Below the pieces are notes generated by a model. It made no database searches, was not told the DNA's origin, and was given only the letters and a program-made list of their open reading frames with translations. Shown in pieces: positions 31,323 through 41,114 of a stretch of 64,000 nucleotides of DNA. Numbering within the stretch: the stretch's first letter is position 1; each line of letters starts with the position of its first letter. The stretch covers positions 59,128 to 123,127 of IMG/VR virus record IMGVR_UViG_3300035208_003581; one strand, given 5' to 3'. This DNA is from a virus (lineage: Duplodnaviria; Caudoviricetes). Both the position numbers and the translations under genes were made by a program.

Positions 31323-31769
31323 ATGAATTTTTATGATGATGATGAAATTTTTAATGTTGATAAAGATTCCCTTATTAAAAATTCTAATTTTTCTGAATCT
31401 ATCCAAAATTTGAAGTGGATTGAAAAAGATTTTGAGATAACTGTAGGGGAGAAAGAAATCATACAAAAAATAAAAGTGAAAGGTTTTGTTTGGGGAGTAT
31501 GGGGGATACAACACATTAAAGATGAGGGTGGAGAACCTTTTTATCGTATCACATATATACCAAATGGTTATGCAGTATCAAATACTCGTATATATGATTT
31601 ACATGATGCAAAAATGATAGCTGAGGAACTTCAAAAATATTTAAATAAAGATAATTCACTTCCTAAAAAAATAAATAAGATGAGAGAGAAGTATATTTCC
31701 TTAAAAGAAATTATTCTAAGTAGGACGGATTCATTGATTGGAGTTGAAGAGCAATGCGTGGTAAAGTAA
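31323..31769 (+). CDS. Hypothetical protein, paralogous domain to 36237..36764
   Basis: GGAGGT RBS; GVWGIQH...ITYIP...LHDAKMIA vs GIWGIVH...LIHIA...LNDVKNLA. Confidence 0.55.
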   Translation: MNFYDDDEIFNVDKDSLIKNSNFSESIQNLKWIEKDFEITVGEKEIIQKIKVKGFVWGVWGIQHIKDEGGEPFYRITYIPNGYAVSNTRIYDLHDAKMIAEELQKYLNKDNSLPKKINKMREKYISLKEIILSRTDSLIGVEEQCVVK

Positions 31770-31956
31770 TGATACTTCCACATTCCTGACATTTTACAGT
31801 TATTTGACATAGGATAGAGTCTTTGAAATCGACAGGTAACCAATCAATTTTTTCACAATTAGGACATTCCAAATTAAATATTTTTTTTACTTCTTGTTGT
31901 TGTTGTTGGATAGTTGGTAGGATTTCTTTACTGATACGGAGGTCAGACATTAACAT
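31711..31956 (-). CDS. Small zinc-ribbon protein
   Basis: CPNC...CQEC pairs. Confidence 0.45.
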   Translation of the reverse strand: MLMSDLRISKEILPTIQQQQQEVKKIFNLECPNCEKIDWLPVDFKDSILCQITVKCQECGSIITLPRIALQLQSMNPSYLE

Positions 31957-32023
31957 GGGTAGTCCTTTCGGTTATATTTTATCCATAGTACAAAATAAAC
32001 AAAAAAGATAAAGTGGAAAATGA

Positions 32024-32050
32024 AGGGTTATTTTACAATAACCTTTTTTT
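32024..32050 (+). terminator. Probable intrinsic terminator
   Basis: AGGGTTATT-TTAC-AATAACCTT hairpin followed by a T-run. Confidence 0.55.
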
Positions 32051-32105
32051 AAGAGTAATTAACGTGTTATCACGTATAGTTGTAAACTAAAAAAAGGAGT
32101 TTATT

Positions 32106-32402
32106 ATGTCTGGACCTAAAACTGATACATATGATTTAAATGATGAAGTAGATAATGTCTTATTTGATTCATATGACGAAGATTACGAAGATGATGACGA
32201 AGATTACGAAGATGATGACTTTGATCCTAACAATATCATTCTTTTAGATGATGACGAAGATGAAGATGACGAAGACGAAGATGAAGACGAAGGTCTTGAT
32301 GACCTTGATGACTTTGAAGATCTTGATGAAGATTTAGATCCTGATAATACTGTATATAATGTCTTTGATGACGATAATGATGATGATGATAACTACTACT
32401 AA
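32106..32402 (+). CDS. Extremely acidic small protein
   Basis: More than half Asp/Glu, one Lys, AAGGAG RBS. Confidence 0.65.
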   Translation: MSGPKTDTYDLNDEVDNVLFDSYDEDYEDDDEDYEDDDFDPNNIILLDDDEDEDDEDEDEDEGLDDLDDFEDLDEDLDPDNTVYNVFDDDNDDDDNYY

Positions 32403-32475
32403 TCTATATCATTTTTAAATTAATAAATATTTTTGTATTATGATTGAATCACATCTTATAAGGAAAGGTGTCATA

Positions 32476-34389
32476 ATGAATTTTTATGCAATAGAATCAG
32501 ATAATGTTCCGTTTAGAGTACGAGAATTAGAAAATTTAATTCGTAAGCACAAACAACTCTATTACCTTGGTAATACTGAAATATCAGATGAAGCATATGA
32601 TTTATTAGAGCAAGAGTTAAGGAAATTATGTCCAGATTCATATGCTCTAAATATTGTAGGACATGAAAATTTATCAGATAGTAAAATACAACATGAACCA
32701 CCAATGTTGTCTCTTGATAAGATAAGAGATCCACAGATATTACATACTTGGATAGAAAATAATGAATGTATCATGTCATATAAAATAGATGGTTCATCAG
32801 CATCGTTACGATATGAGAATGGTATGTTTGTTAGTGCAAGTACCAGAGGTAATGGTGAATTTGGTGAGAATATTACAGAACATTTTCTTTATATAGATTT
32901 CCCTCGTAAAATACAAAAGTCAAAAAAAGATCATATAGAAATCCGTGGAGAAGTTTGTATCAGTAAAAATGATTTTGAAAATTTATCTAATGAAATGGTA
33001 AAGAGAGGTTTAGAGAAACCTAAATCTATAAGAAATATAGTAGCTGGGTTATTACATAAGAAAAGTAACTTGGATTTATGTAAGTATTTAACATTTCTCG
33101 CATATAAAATAGAAAATACAGATATTGATACTTATAGAAATGAGCTTAAAATACTTGAACATTTTAAATTCACAATCCCAAAATATAGTATCATTCAAAA
33201 AGATTTAGAGGCATATCACATTCAAACTATTATTGATAAGTACGCTTCAGATACAGAATATTCATATTTAACTGATGGATTAGTATTTTCTTTTGATAGT
33301 ATTGCTTTACAAAAATCAAAAGGGTTTACCAGTCATCATCCACGAGGTAAAATAGCCTTTAAACTTCAATCAGAAGTGAAACAAACAAAGTTATTAGGTA
33401 TAGATATTGATGTTGGCAGGACAGGTCAATTGTCTTTTACTGGTATAGTAGAACCTGTTGAATTGTCAGGGGCTATGGTTGAAAGAGTTACCCTACATAA
33501 TAAACGTTATATTGAAGAACATCAGATAAACATAGGATGTACTATTGAAATAACTAGATCTGGTGAGGTAATTCCAAAACATATGTCTACAGTGACTCCT
33601 AATGGTGAGTATGTATTTCCATCAAATTGCCCCATATGTGGTTCTATTTTATCTGAAACAGATACACAGGTAACTCTTATATGTAAATCCCTTGGATGTC
33701 CAGCAAGAGGGAAAGCAGCAATAAATCATTGGATTAAGACATTGAAAATTGATACTCTTGGAGAATCCACCATAGATAAATTATGGGATGCTGGTCTTTT
33801 ATTGAATATAAAAGATATTTACTCTCTCACTGAAGAAAAACTTTGTATCATTGAAAAAATGGGTGATAAGTTAGCTTCAAAAATAGTATCAAATATTAAA
33901 AGTAGAAGAGAAGTGAAATTCCCGCATCTATTAGATGCACTTGGTATTGATGGGTTGGGTACTGGTATATCCAAAGTAGTAGTGAGAAAGTTCACTACAT
34001 TTGAAGCATTATTAAATGCATCAGTGATTGATCTCACTACTATTGAAGGTATTGGTGATATTATAGCAAATAATATTTATTCTGGTTTACATCGATTTGG
34101 GTTTGAATTGTTAAAGTCATTAGTTGAAAATAAGCATATTGAGATTATATATGATACTCAATTAAGTACAAAGTATAATGGGTTGATTTTTGTCATTACG
34201 GGTGATTTATCTAAACCAAGGGATGAAGTCAAATTGTTTATTGAAACAAATGGTGGGAAAGTTACAGGTAGTGTATCAAAGAAAACTAATTATTTAGTAT
34301 GTAATGATCCTTCGAATTCATCAAAGTATAAAAAGGCACAAGAACTGAACATTCCAATTATTACAGAAACAATATTATATAATATGTAG
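32476..34389 (+). CDS. ligA: NAD+-dependent DNA ligase
   Basis: MLSLDK, KIDG, TRGNG.FGENIT, EIRGE, TDGLV, GRTG, C4 zinc finger, HhH repeats, BRCT. Confidence 0.97.
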   Translation: MNFYAIESDNVPFRVRELENLIRKHKQLYYLGNTEISDEAYDLLEQELRKLCPDSYALNIVGHENLSDSKIQHEPPMLSLDKIRDPQILHTWIENNECIMSYKIDGSSASLRYENGMFVSASTRGNGEFGENITEHFLYIDFPRKIQKSKKDHIEIRGEVCISKNDFENLSNEMVKRGLEKPKSIRNIVAGLLHKKSNLDLCKYLTFLAYKIENTDIDTYRNELKILEHFKFTIPKYSIIQKDLEAYHIQTIIDKYASDTEYSYLTDGLVFSFDSIALQKSKGFTSHHPRGKIAFKLQSEVKQTKLLGIDIDVGRTGQLSFTGIVEPVELSGAMVERVTLHNKRYIEEHQINIGCTIEITRSGEVIPKHMSTVTPNGEYVFPSNCPICGSILSETDTQVTLICKSLGCPARGKAAINHWIKTLKIDTLGESTIDKLWDAGLLLNIKDIYSLTEEKLCIIEKMGDKLASKIVSNIKSRREVKFPHLLDALGIDGLGTGISKVVVRKFTTFEALLNASVIDLTTIEGIGDIIANNIYSGLHRFGFELLKSLVENKHIEIIYDTQLSTKYNGLIFVITGDLSKPRDEVKLFIETNGGKVTGSVSKKTNYLVCNDPSNSSKYKKAQELNIPIITETILYNM

Positions 34390-34397
34390 GTAATGTT

Positions 34398-35198
34398 ATG
34401 TCAAAAAACCTTTTACCTGGTTCTTCATTTAAGTTAATGGATAGAAACAATATAGAATATTCTGCTATTGTTGTATGTCCTAATGCTCAAATAGAATTTG
34501 GATATTTTCCTAAATACACTTCAGATAATTATCATATTGTAAATGGTAATTGTTATAAAAGTTACAGAGTATCTTATAATCCAGATACTCTTATTGTATA
34601 TATTTATAACAATATTTATGATGTTAGAAATGTTCAAAAAAAAGTGATACAATATTATTATAAACAGTATGTAAAAAATATGACTGTATATGATGGTAAA
34701 TCAATTATACAGTACTCTAATTTTTTAGAAATATATCTAGAACAATTAGCTACACATATACATGATTTACCAGGTAATTTATCTGATGAATATTCTTATG
34801 TATTCAGTAATCCAAGTCTTTCAATGCCCTTCATATCTGTTAAAAAAAATAAATTAGATAATAAAATTTTAGAATCTAAATTTATAGATGAAATTTTAGT
34901 AAAATATTCATTATTTAAGAAAATTTATAATAATATTTTTGAAATTTCTGATGTATTACCATATCATAGAGAATTAACGTGGTTATCAAAACGTGTTTGT
35001 ATTAACACTGATTTATTATATAAGTGGGTTAAAAACGCACATATATCTAGTAAAATATATGGTAATGATACATATATTGATTTGTGTGGTTTATCATGTT
35101 TTATAGATAATTCAAAACCATCATTAAAGTATATCCCATATTATATAGTAGTAGATATACTTGATTCTATCATATATCAGATACAATTTAGTTCATAA
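34398..35198 (+). CDS. Hypothetical protein with degenerate C-terminal HTH
   Basis: Similar layout to the next ORF (LYKWVKN.HI). Confidence 0.45.
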   Translation: MSKNLLPGSSFKLMDRNNIEYSAIVVCPNAQIEFGYFPKYTSDNYHIVNGNCYKSYRVSYNPDTLIVYIYNNIYDVRNVQKKVIQYYYKQYVKNMTVYDGKSIIQYSNFLEIYLEQLATHIHDLPGNLSDEYSYVFSNPSLSMPFISVKKNKLDNKILESKFIDEILVKYSLFKKIYNNIFEISDVLPYHRELTWLSKRVCINTDLLYKWVKNAHISSKIYGNDTYIDLCGLSCFIDNSKPSLKYIPYYIVVDILDSIIYQIQFSS

Positions 35199-35210
35199 TA
35201 GGAGCTTACT

Positions 35211-36128
35211 ATGAGTGATTTTTATCCAGGTCAGATTATTAAAGTAGTAATATCTAATAATCCTAAAGAAATACGAGATGGTATTGTTGTATTTGTTGGA
35301 GCACGTTGTGCTATGTTACCTGGAAATAGAGAGAGATATTCTGCATCATATGATGATGAGTATACAATTGTATCTATTTATAATAATACATCACAGATAG
35401 ATTGGTGTTCTCAAAAAATAAGAGGGAGTGATGCTATAAAATATTTTTTTAGAAAACATTTTGTAAATTTGAAATTCCCTCAACAGAATGACATGTTTAG
35501 TACTATAAACTTAGAAAGATATTTATATGATCTCAGATATACAAAACCTATTTTAAAAGATAAAGGTTGTTTATATCGTAAAGTTTTTTTACCACATGTG
35601 TCTGTAAAAACATGTCATTTGATACCTCAAGAAAATATAATTAATCATGGTGTTAGAGAAGAACAAATACATGCAGCATTAGAGTATACTATTAATAAAA
35701 ATATATCTGTAGTACCAATCAATAGTAATGATTATATGATGATTGAAAAAAATTCACTCATGGATATAATAGATATTATACGTGAGAAAAAAGAACCAAT
35801 AGTTTTTGAATCAGAATCAAGTGTACTAGACTCTAAACTTATAATCCATGAACCTGTTAATATCCCAGTGTTGTTAAATGTGGAGCCTGGTTATCATAGT
35901 ATTTCAGAGGTAGCATCAAAGTTAGGTATTGGTAAATCTACATTACGACATTGGGTTAAAATTGGTGGTGTTAATGAACCTATTAGAGTTAAAAATTCAA
36001 TTTACGTGAAATATTCGTCTGTTGAAAAGTATATTAAAGATTATGGATATTCTTCTAAATTTGAATATCCACGATACATATATATATTGGAAATATGTAA
36101 TAAGTATAAAGATATTGAAAATCCTTAA
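35211..36128 (+). CDS. Protein with C-terminal MerR/excisionase-like HTH
   Basis: SISEVASKLGIGKSTLRHWVKIG. Confidence 0.65.
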   Translation: MSDFYPGQIIKVVISNNPKEIRDGIVVFVGARCAMLPGNRERYSASYDDEYTIVSIYNNTSQIDWCSQKIRGSDAIKYFFRKHFVNLKFPQQNDMFSTINLERYLYDLRYTKPILKDKGCLYRKVFLPHVSVKTCHLIPQENIINHGVREEQIHAALEYTINKNISVVPINSNDYMMIEKNSLMDIIDIIREKKEPIVFESESSVLDSKLIIHEPVNIPVLLNVEPGYHSISEVASKLGIGKSTLRHWVKIGGVNEPIRVKNSIYVKYSSVEKYIKDYGYSSKFEYPRYIYILEICNKYKDIENP

Positions 36129-36236
36129 AATACATTTTATTTTTAATAATTATCATAATATATTGACTCATAAATTGTAATATGTTATTACTTTGTAAGT
36201 AAGTACTGTAAACTTATTATTATTTTGAGGTGATAT

Positions 36237-36764
36237 ATGTTGAGTATTAAGGAATTAATGAAGAAAACAGGACTATCTGAGTCAACAATAAAAAGACGAC
36301 GTGCAAAAGGTTGGGATGAAGCTAAAATAATAGCTGTACCAGCTCAATCTACTAATCAGTATACTAAGAAAAAAGTATCAAAAGTATCAAAAGTATCAAA
36401 ATCATTAGATGATACATTTGAAATTTCTGCATTTGATATGTTAAAGAAAAATAAAAAAGATATTTGGATTGAAACAGAAATTAAAATTCTATATAAAGCA
36501 GATGCCTTAGCTTCTAAAGTAATTAGTGTCCCTGGTTTGAAAAATGGTATATGGGGTATTGTACATAATGAAGCGAAAGAGCCAGTATTAATACATATAG
36601 CTTCTATGCGACGTGTGACAAAACCCAATTCAAAATTATCTTTAAATGATGTGAAGAACCTTGCTCTTTCCTTAACTAAATTTTTTAAAGAAGATGGTTC
36701 TGTACCTTATGGAACAAAAAGATCTGAAGTTATAAAAATAATAAAAGAAGCTTATGTTCAGTAA
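36237..36764 (+). CDS. N-terminal HTH DNA-binding protein
   Basis: SIKELMKKTGLSESTIKRRRAKGW. Confidence 0.6.
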   Translation: MLSIKELMKKTGLSESTIKRRRAKGWDEAKIIAVPAQSTNQYTKKKVSKVSKVSKSLDDTFEISAFDMLKKNKKDIWIETEIKILYKADALASKVISVPGLKNGIWGIVHNEAKEPVLIHIASMRRVTKPNSKLSLNDVKNLALSLTKFFKEDGSVPYGTKRSEVIKIIKEAYVQ

Positions 36765-37120
36765 TTATGTATATTACTGAGATTTATAAAATAATACCTC
36801 TCAAGCTTACTAATGATGTAATGGTAGCTACATATGAAATTACTATACCATTTACACCATATATTGGATTAGAGATTGTTAATAATACATTTGTGTCTGA
36901 TACAATAGATTATGTTCAATTCAATATAAATCTAGGGAAATTTTTAGCTCGTACAAAAACTTCTCAGTTACAAGAATTTCCTACAGTTGAATTGTTTTTA
37001 AATTACTTGATTCAACATAGATGGTGTTTTAAACCGTATAATCCAATTTATATCTGTGATTGAATATACTTTTTATATATTTATATATTGAAATATTTTT
37101 TCACCTTTATGGAGTGTATT

Positions 37121-37354
37121 ATGGAACCTAGAAAATTAATTCGTGAAGCAATGAAAACAGAGAAAACTGCAGTTTCATGGTCAAAAGGACATTTTGATGC
37201 TGTAGCAGAAATTATTAAAGGTATCAAAAATAAAGATATCCAACTAGAAGTTGCTAATAAATTTGCTGAACAATTTATAGAAGCTAATAAGAATTTTGAT
37301 AAAGAACGTTTTCTTAAAGCTTGTGGTTTATCAGCTTCTCAAATAAAAGAGTAG
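37121..37354 (+). CDS. Small hypothetical phage protein
   Basis: HFDAVAEII...NKNFDKERFLKACG; GGAG RBS. Confidence 0.6.
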   Translation: MEPRKLIREAMKTEKTAVSWSKGHFDAVAEIIKGIKNKDIQLEVANKFAEQFIEANKNFDKERFLKACGLSASQIKE

Positions 37355-37403
37355 TTAAAAAGTTTTATTTTTTGTATACTTTCATAATTAAAGGAGAGTA
37401 TAC

Positions 37404-38213
37404 ATGTCTTCTACTATTCTTTTTAGAAATTCATATGAAACAGAAGATGAATTTTTAGCTCTAAAAAATTCACAATTTGTTTATAGAGAATTTAGGTCTT
37501 TTCTTCCAAAGAATACATCTGTAATAGGTAGATATTCGGTACTTCCATTTTATTCTGAACTTTATCATGAATTATTATTAAATAGTAGTGAATTAATTAA
37601 TAATTATTTACAGCATTTATACGTAGCCGATATAAATAATTGGTATCATGATTTAAAAGATTTCACTCCGAAAACTTATTTTGATGAATTTCATCTTATC
37701 CCTAAAGGTCCAAGTTATGTAGTAAAAGGACATACGAATAGTCGTAAATTTCAATGGGATAAACAAATGTTTGCTGAATCAAGTGGTGATGTTACAAGGG
37801 TAGTATCTTCATTGCTTGATGATACTTTCATTCGAGACCAGGGTATATGTGTAAGAGAATATATTCCTTTAGTTACTTATGATATAGGGTTAAATAATTT
37901 ACCCATTACTAATGAGTGGAGATTTTTCTGTTTTAAAAATAAGGGAATGATCGGTGGATATTATTGGTCAAATTATAGTGAACACCAACCTTATCCTGTA
38001 AGTGGGCTTCCAAAAAAAGCTTTTAATTTATTATCTTCTGTTATTGAAATAGTTTCAAAAAGTATAAATTTCTTTGTTATAGATATTGCAGAGACTCAAG
38101 ATAATGAATGGATTGTGATTGAATTAAATGATGGTCAAATGAGTGGTTTATCATGTATTGATCCTAATGAATTTTACGCATGGCTATACCATGTAGACTG
38201 TATAGGTGCGTAA
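37404..38213 (+). CDS. ATP-grasp domain protein (R2K-like)
   Basis: VREYIPL, EWRFF, FFVIDIA, WIVIELNDGQMSG. Confidence 0.75.
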   Translation: MSSTILFRNSYETEDEFLALKNSQFVYREFRSFLPKNTSVIGRYSVLPFYSELYHELLLNSSELINNYLQHLYVADINNWYHDLKDFTPKTYFDEFHLIPKGPSYVVKGHTNSRKFQWDKQMFAESSGDVTRVVSSLLDDTFIRDQGICVREYIPLVTYDIGLNNLPITNEWRFFCFKNKGMIGGYYWSNYSEHQPYPVSGLPKKAFNLLSSVIEIVSKSINFFVIDIAETQDNEWIVIELNDGQMSGLSCIDPNEFYAWLYHVDCIGA

Positions 38214-38890
38214 TGGGATCAAGAGAAGATGCCTTTAAAGCATATTTAAAGCATAAAAATGGTGAATCATCTATTATTGATATTATTTCTGATTTTATCC
38301 CTTCATTGAAATCTTATGGTGATGATTTAGTAAAACAATGTTGTGATTTAGTAGATAAAGAGATAGAGCATCATGGGTATGAACTCATAGATGGGTTATT
38401 ATATTTAGAAATTTCAAAATTTGATTTGAAAAAAATATGTATATTTAATTCCGGCATACTCACTGATTCAAATAAAAAGAAATTAATGGAATGGGTACAT
38501 TTAAACCATTTCAGAATAGATGATTATGTGAAGAGTTTTGGATATTCTGATTTTTATACTGTACTTGAATCAGCACGTACTGAAACCATACGTGAGTTGA
38601 TTTTAAGAATAATAGATTTATTACCTATTGTAGAATAAACATGGATTACACACTTTTAAAAAGTAAAGAATTAGATATTCTCCATCGTAAGATAAATATA
38701 TTTGTATCTGATATTTATGCTACTATTGAATGGGTATCAGATCAACATGCAGTTATTACATTTGAGAGTACAGATACTCTTAATTTATTTATAGATTTTA
38801 TAGAGAACTATATCCATTCAAATATTGAATCTTTTTCAATAAAGAATACTTCTGTTGATTTTTATCTCTTACCAGAATCTAGGTGATTTA

Positions 38891-39463
38891 ATGGCAAAAT
38901 TATTTTTCTTTTACGGGGCCATGGATGCCTCTAAGACTGCAGCAGCATTAATGGTAGCTCATAATTATAAAGAAAGAGGTCAAAAGGCTCTATTAATGAA
39001 GCCTTTTATAGATTCTCGTAATGGTACTCTTATAAAATCTAGAATTGGATTAGAGATGGAAAGTGACCTTCTCATAGAATTAGATACGGATATTTTTAAA
39101 TTTGTTAAAGATTCTAAAAAAGAAGATTCTCGAATAAATTGTATAATAGTGGATGAGGTGCAGTTTTTAAAAAGACAGCATATAGTTCATTTATGTAGAG
39201 TAGTTGAGAAATTAGGTATCCCAGTATTATGTTATGGGTTACGAACAGATTTTACAGGTAATTTATTTGAAGGTTCTCAATGGTTACTAGCATGGGCCGA
39301 TGACATTAAGGAAATAAAAACTATGTGCCGTAGGTGTGACCGTAAAGCTACTATGAATATTCGTATAGATAGTAATGGTGAGCGTATATATGAAGGTAAT
39401 CAAATAAAAGTTGGGGATAATAGTTCATATATATCAGTATGTAGAAAACATTTTTTCTCATAA
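38891..39463 (+). CDS. tdk: Thymidine kinase
   Basis: YGAMDASKT, IKSRIG, VDEVQF, YGLRTDF...LFEGS, zinc-binding Cys, CRKH. Confidence 0.95.
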   Translation: MAKLFFFYGAMDASKTAAALMVAHNYKERGQKALLMKPFIDSRNGTLIKSRIGLEMESDLLIELDTDIFKFVKDSKKEDSRINCIIVDEVQFLKRQHIVHLCRVVEKLGIPVLCYGLRTDFTGNLFEGSQWLLAWADDIKEIKTMCRRCDRKATMNIRIDSNGERIYEGNQIKVGDNSSYISVCRKHFFS

Positions 39464-39696
39464 GGAGTTTTTCATATGGCTGGTTGTTTTGAATGTATTA
39501 TGGCACACCCTACTTTTAAAGATTACCCAAACACACATTATATGGCTATTTATTGTTCTGAGAAAAAAGTTCTTGTACCAGAAAAATATGAATGTGAAAA
39601 TTGTAAAAAAATTTTTAAAAAAACACAACAAGTTTTGTATGCTGAGAATATAGAACCTTTATTTGATGATTTAGATTAACATAAAAGAGTTAAATT

Positions 39697-40290
39697 ATGA
39701 AACCAAAAGAGTATGTTAAAAATTTTGATATGCAATCTGGTAAATTTGACAGTAATGGATTCATAAGAGAATTTACTGTTGATTTTATAAGTTCTGTAGA
39801 ATTTCATAAATTATGTGGTGTATGGAATTATACAAAATTTCAAAATTGTGTATCTGAAATACGTCAAAAATGGGATGGTATTTCAAATAAAATTTCTGGT
39901 GGTTTACCAGAGAAATTATGGAAATATTTTTATGCTCGTGAAGTGGTACCATTACGGGATCAAGAGTTTGGTGATTATCTGAAAAATAAAAAGAAAGAAT
40001 ATGAAGATAAGAAAGCATTTCATGATTACGTAAAATATGGTGCTTTTAAAGATTTTTTTGGTGATGCTTTCTTTTCAATGATGACTTCAATGTTTGCTGT
40101 ACAAATACCACATGATTCGTTTACACTTTTACAATTAAAATCTGATGCATCTATAGATGATGTTAAAGAAAGTTTTAAAGTTCTGGCATTTCAACATCAT
40201 CCTGATAAGGGTGGTGATGCAAATGAGTTTCGTAGTATAGTTGAAGCAAAAAATAGATGTTTATCATATATTGCAGAAATTACTACTTGA
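39697..40290 (+). CDS. Protein with C-terminal J-domain
   Basis: LAFQHHPDKGG (HPD motif). Confidence 0.8.
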   Translation: MKPKEYVKNFDMQSGKFDSNGFIREFTVDFISSVEFHKLCGVWNYTKFQNCVSEIRQKWDGISNKISGGLPEKLWKYFYAREVVPLRDQEFGDYLKNKKKEYEDKKAFHDYVKYGAFKDFFGDAFFSMMTSMFAVQIPHDSFTLLQLKSDASIDDVKESFKVLAFQHHPDKGGDANEFRSIVEAKNRCLSYIAEITT

Positions 40291-40315
40291 CATAGTATTA
40301 TTACAATATTATGTT
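40287..40315 (+). promoter_or_regulatory. Sigma70-like promoter for the 251-aa gene/ncRNA unit
   Basis: TTGACA-N17-TATGTT. Confidence 0.5.
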
Positions 40316-40350
40316 ATCCACATTAAAACGTAACTAAAGGAGTTGCTACA

Positions 40351-41106
40351 ATGGGTAAATTACATGAATTGTTAGCTGTGGAAACAGATCGTGAAAAAGT
40401 TTTTAAGAATATGGTGAATGAAGGTATTAATACTTTCAAAAAGAAAGCTGATATCTTTTTAGGTCATCATAAGCGTTTGGAAATGCGTGATGATGAACGT
40501 AAATTTGAAGAGGATGCTAGTGAAGATCATAAAGCACTAGTATCTACTGTAGATGAGAAATTAAATTTTGTAGCAAAAAGTGCTATTACATATTTTGATT
40601 CTCTCTATCAAAAAGAAAAAGCAAACCAAACAGCACTTGCAGATTTAGTTATGCCTGATGGTACTGTTCTTGAGAAGAGCATGCCTGCTACGGCTTTATT
40701 AGGTCTTGAGAATCGTCTTAAATTTCTACGTTCTCTTTATGAATCAGTACCCACACTATCCCCTGGTATCGAGTGGGAAAAAGATGAGATGGATCGTAAA
40801 GGTGTTTGGAAAACTAAACACCCAGAAACATCTGCTAAGATTGAGAAAATTGTACAACATAAAATTGTAGCAGAAGCGACAAAAGAGCACCCTGCACAAG
40901 TAACTGAATGGTCAGATAATGTGGTTGTAGGTAAATTTATCACTAATCGTACAAGTGGTATGCTTACACCATTACAAAAATCTGAGTATCTTGAGAAAAT
41001 TGATATGCTGATTCAATCAGCAAAAAAAGCTCGTCAACGTGCTAATAATGTAGAAGTAAGCAAGGATCAAATTGGTCGTAAGATTTTTGATTTTATTAAT
41101 AGTTAA
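40351..41106 (+). CDS. Conserved-looking helical protein of unknown function, upstream of the structured RNA
   Basis: MGKLHELLAVE...PATALLGLE...HPAQV...KKARQRAN; AAGGAG RBS. Confidence 0.75.
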   Translation: MGKLHELLAVETDREKVFKNMVNEGINTFKKKADIFLGHHKRLEMRDDERKFEEDASEDHKALVSTVDEKLNFVAKSAITYFDSLYQKEKANQTALADLVMPDGTVLEKSMPATALLGLENRLKFLRSLYESVPTLSPGIEWEKDEMDRKGVWKTKHPETSAKIEKIVQHKIVAEATKEHPAQVTEWSDNVVVGKFITNRTSGMLTPLQKSEYLEKIDMLIQSAKKARQRANNVEVSKDQIGRKIFDFINS

Positions 41107-41114
41107 TTTTGAAA

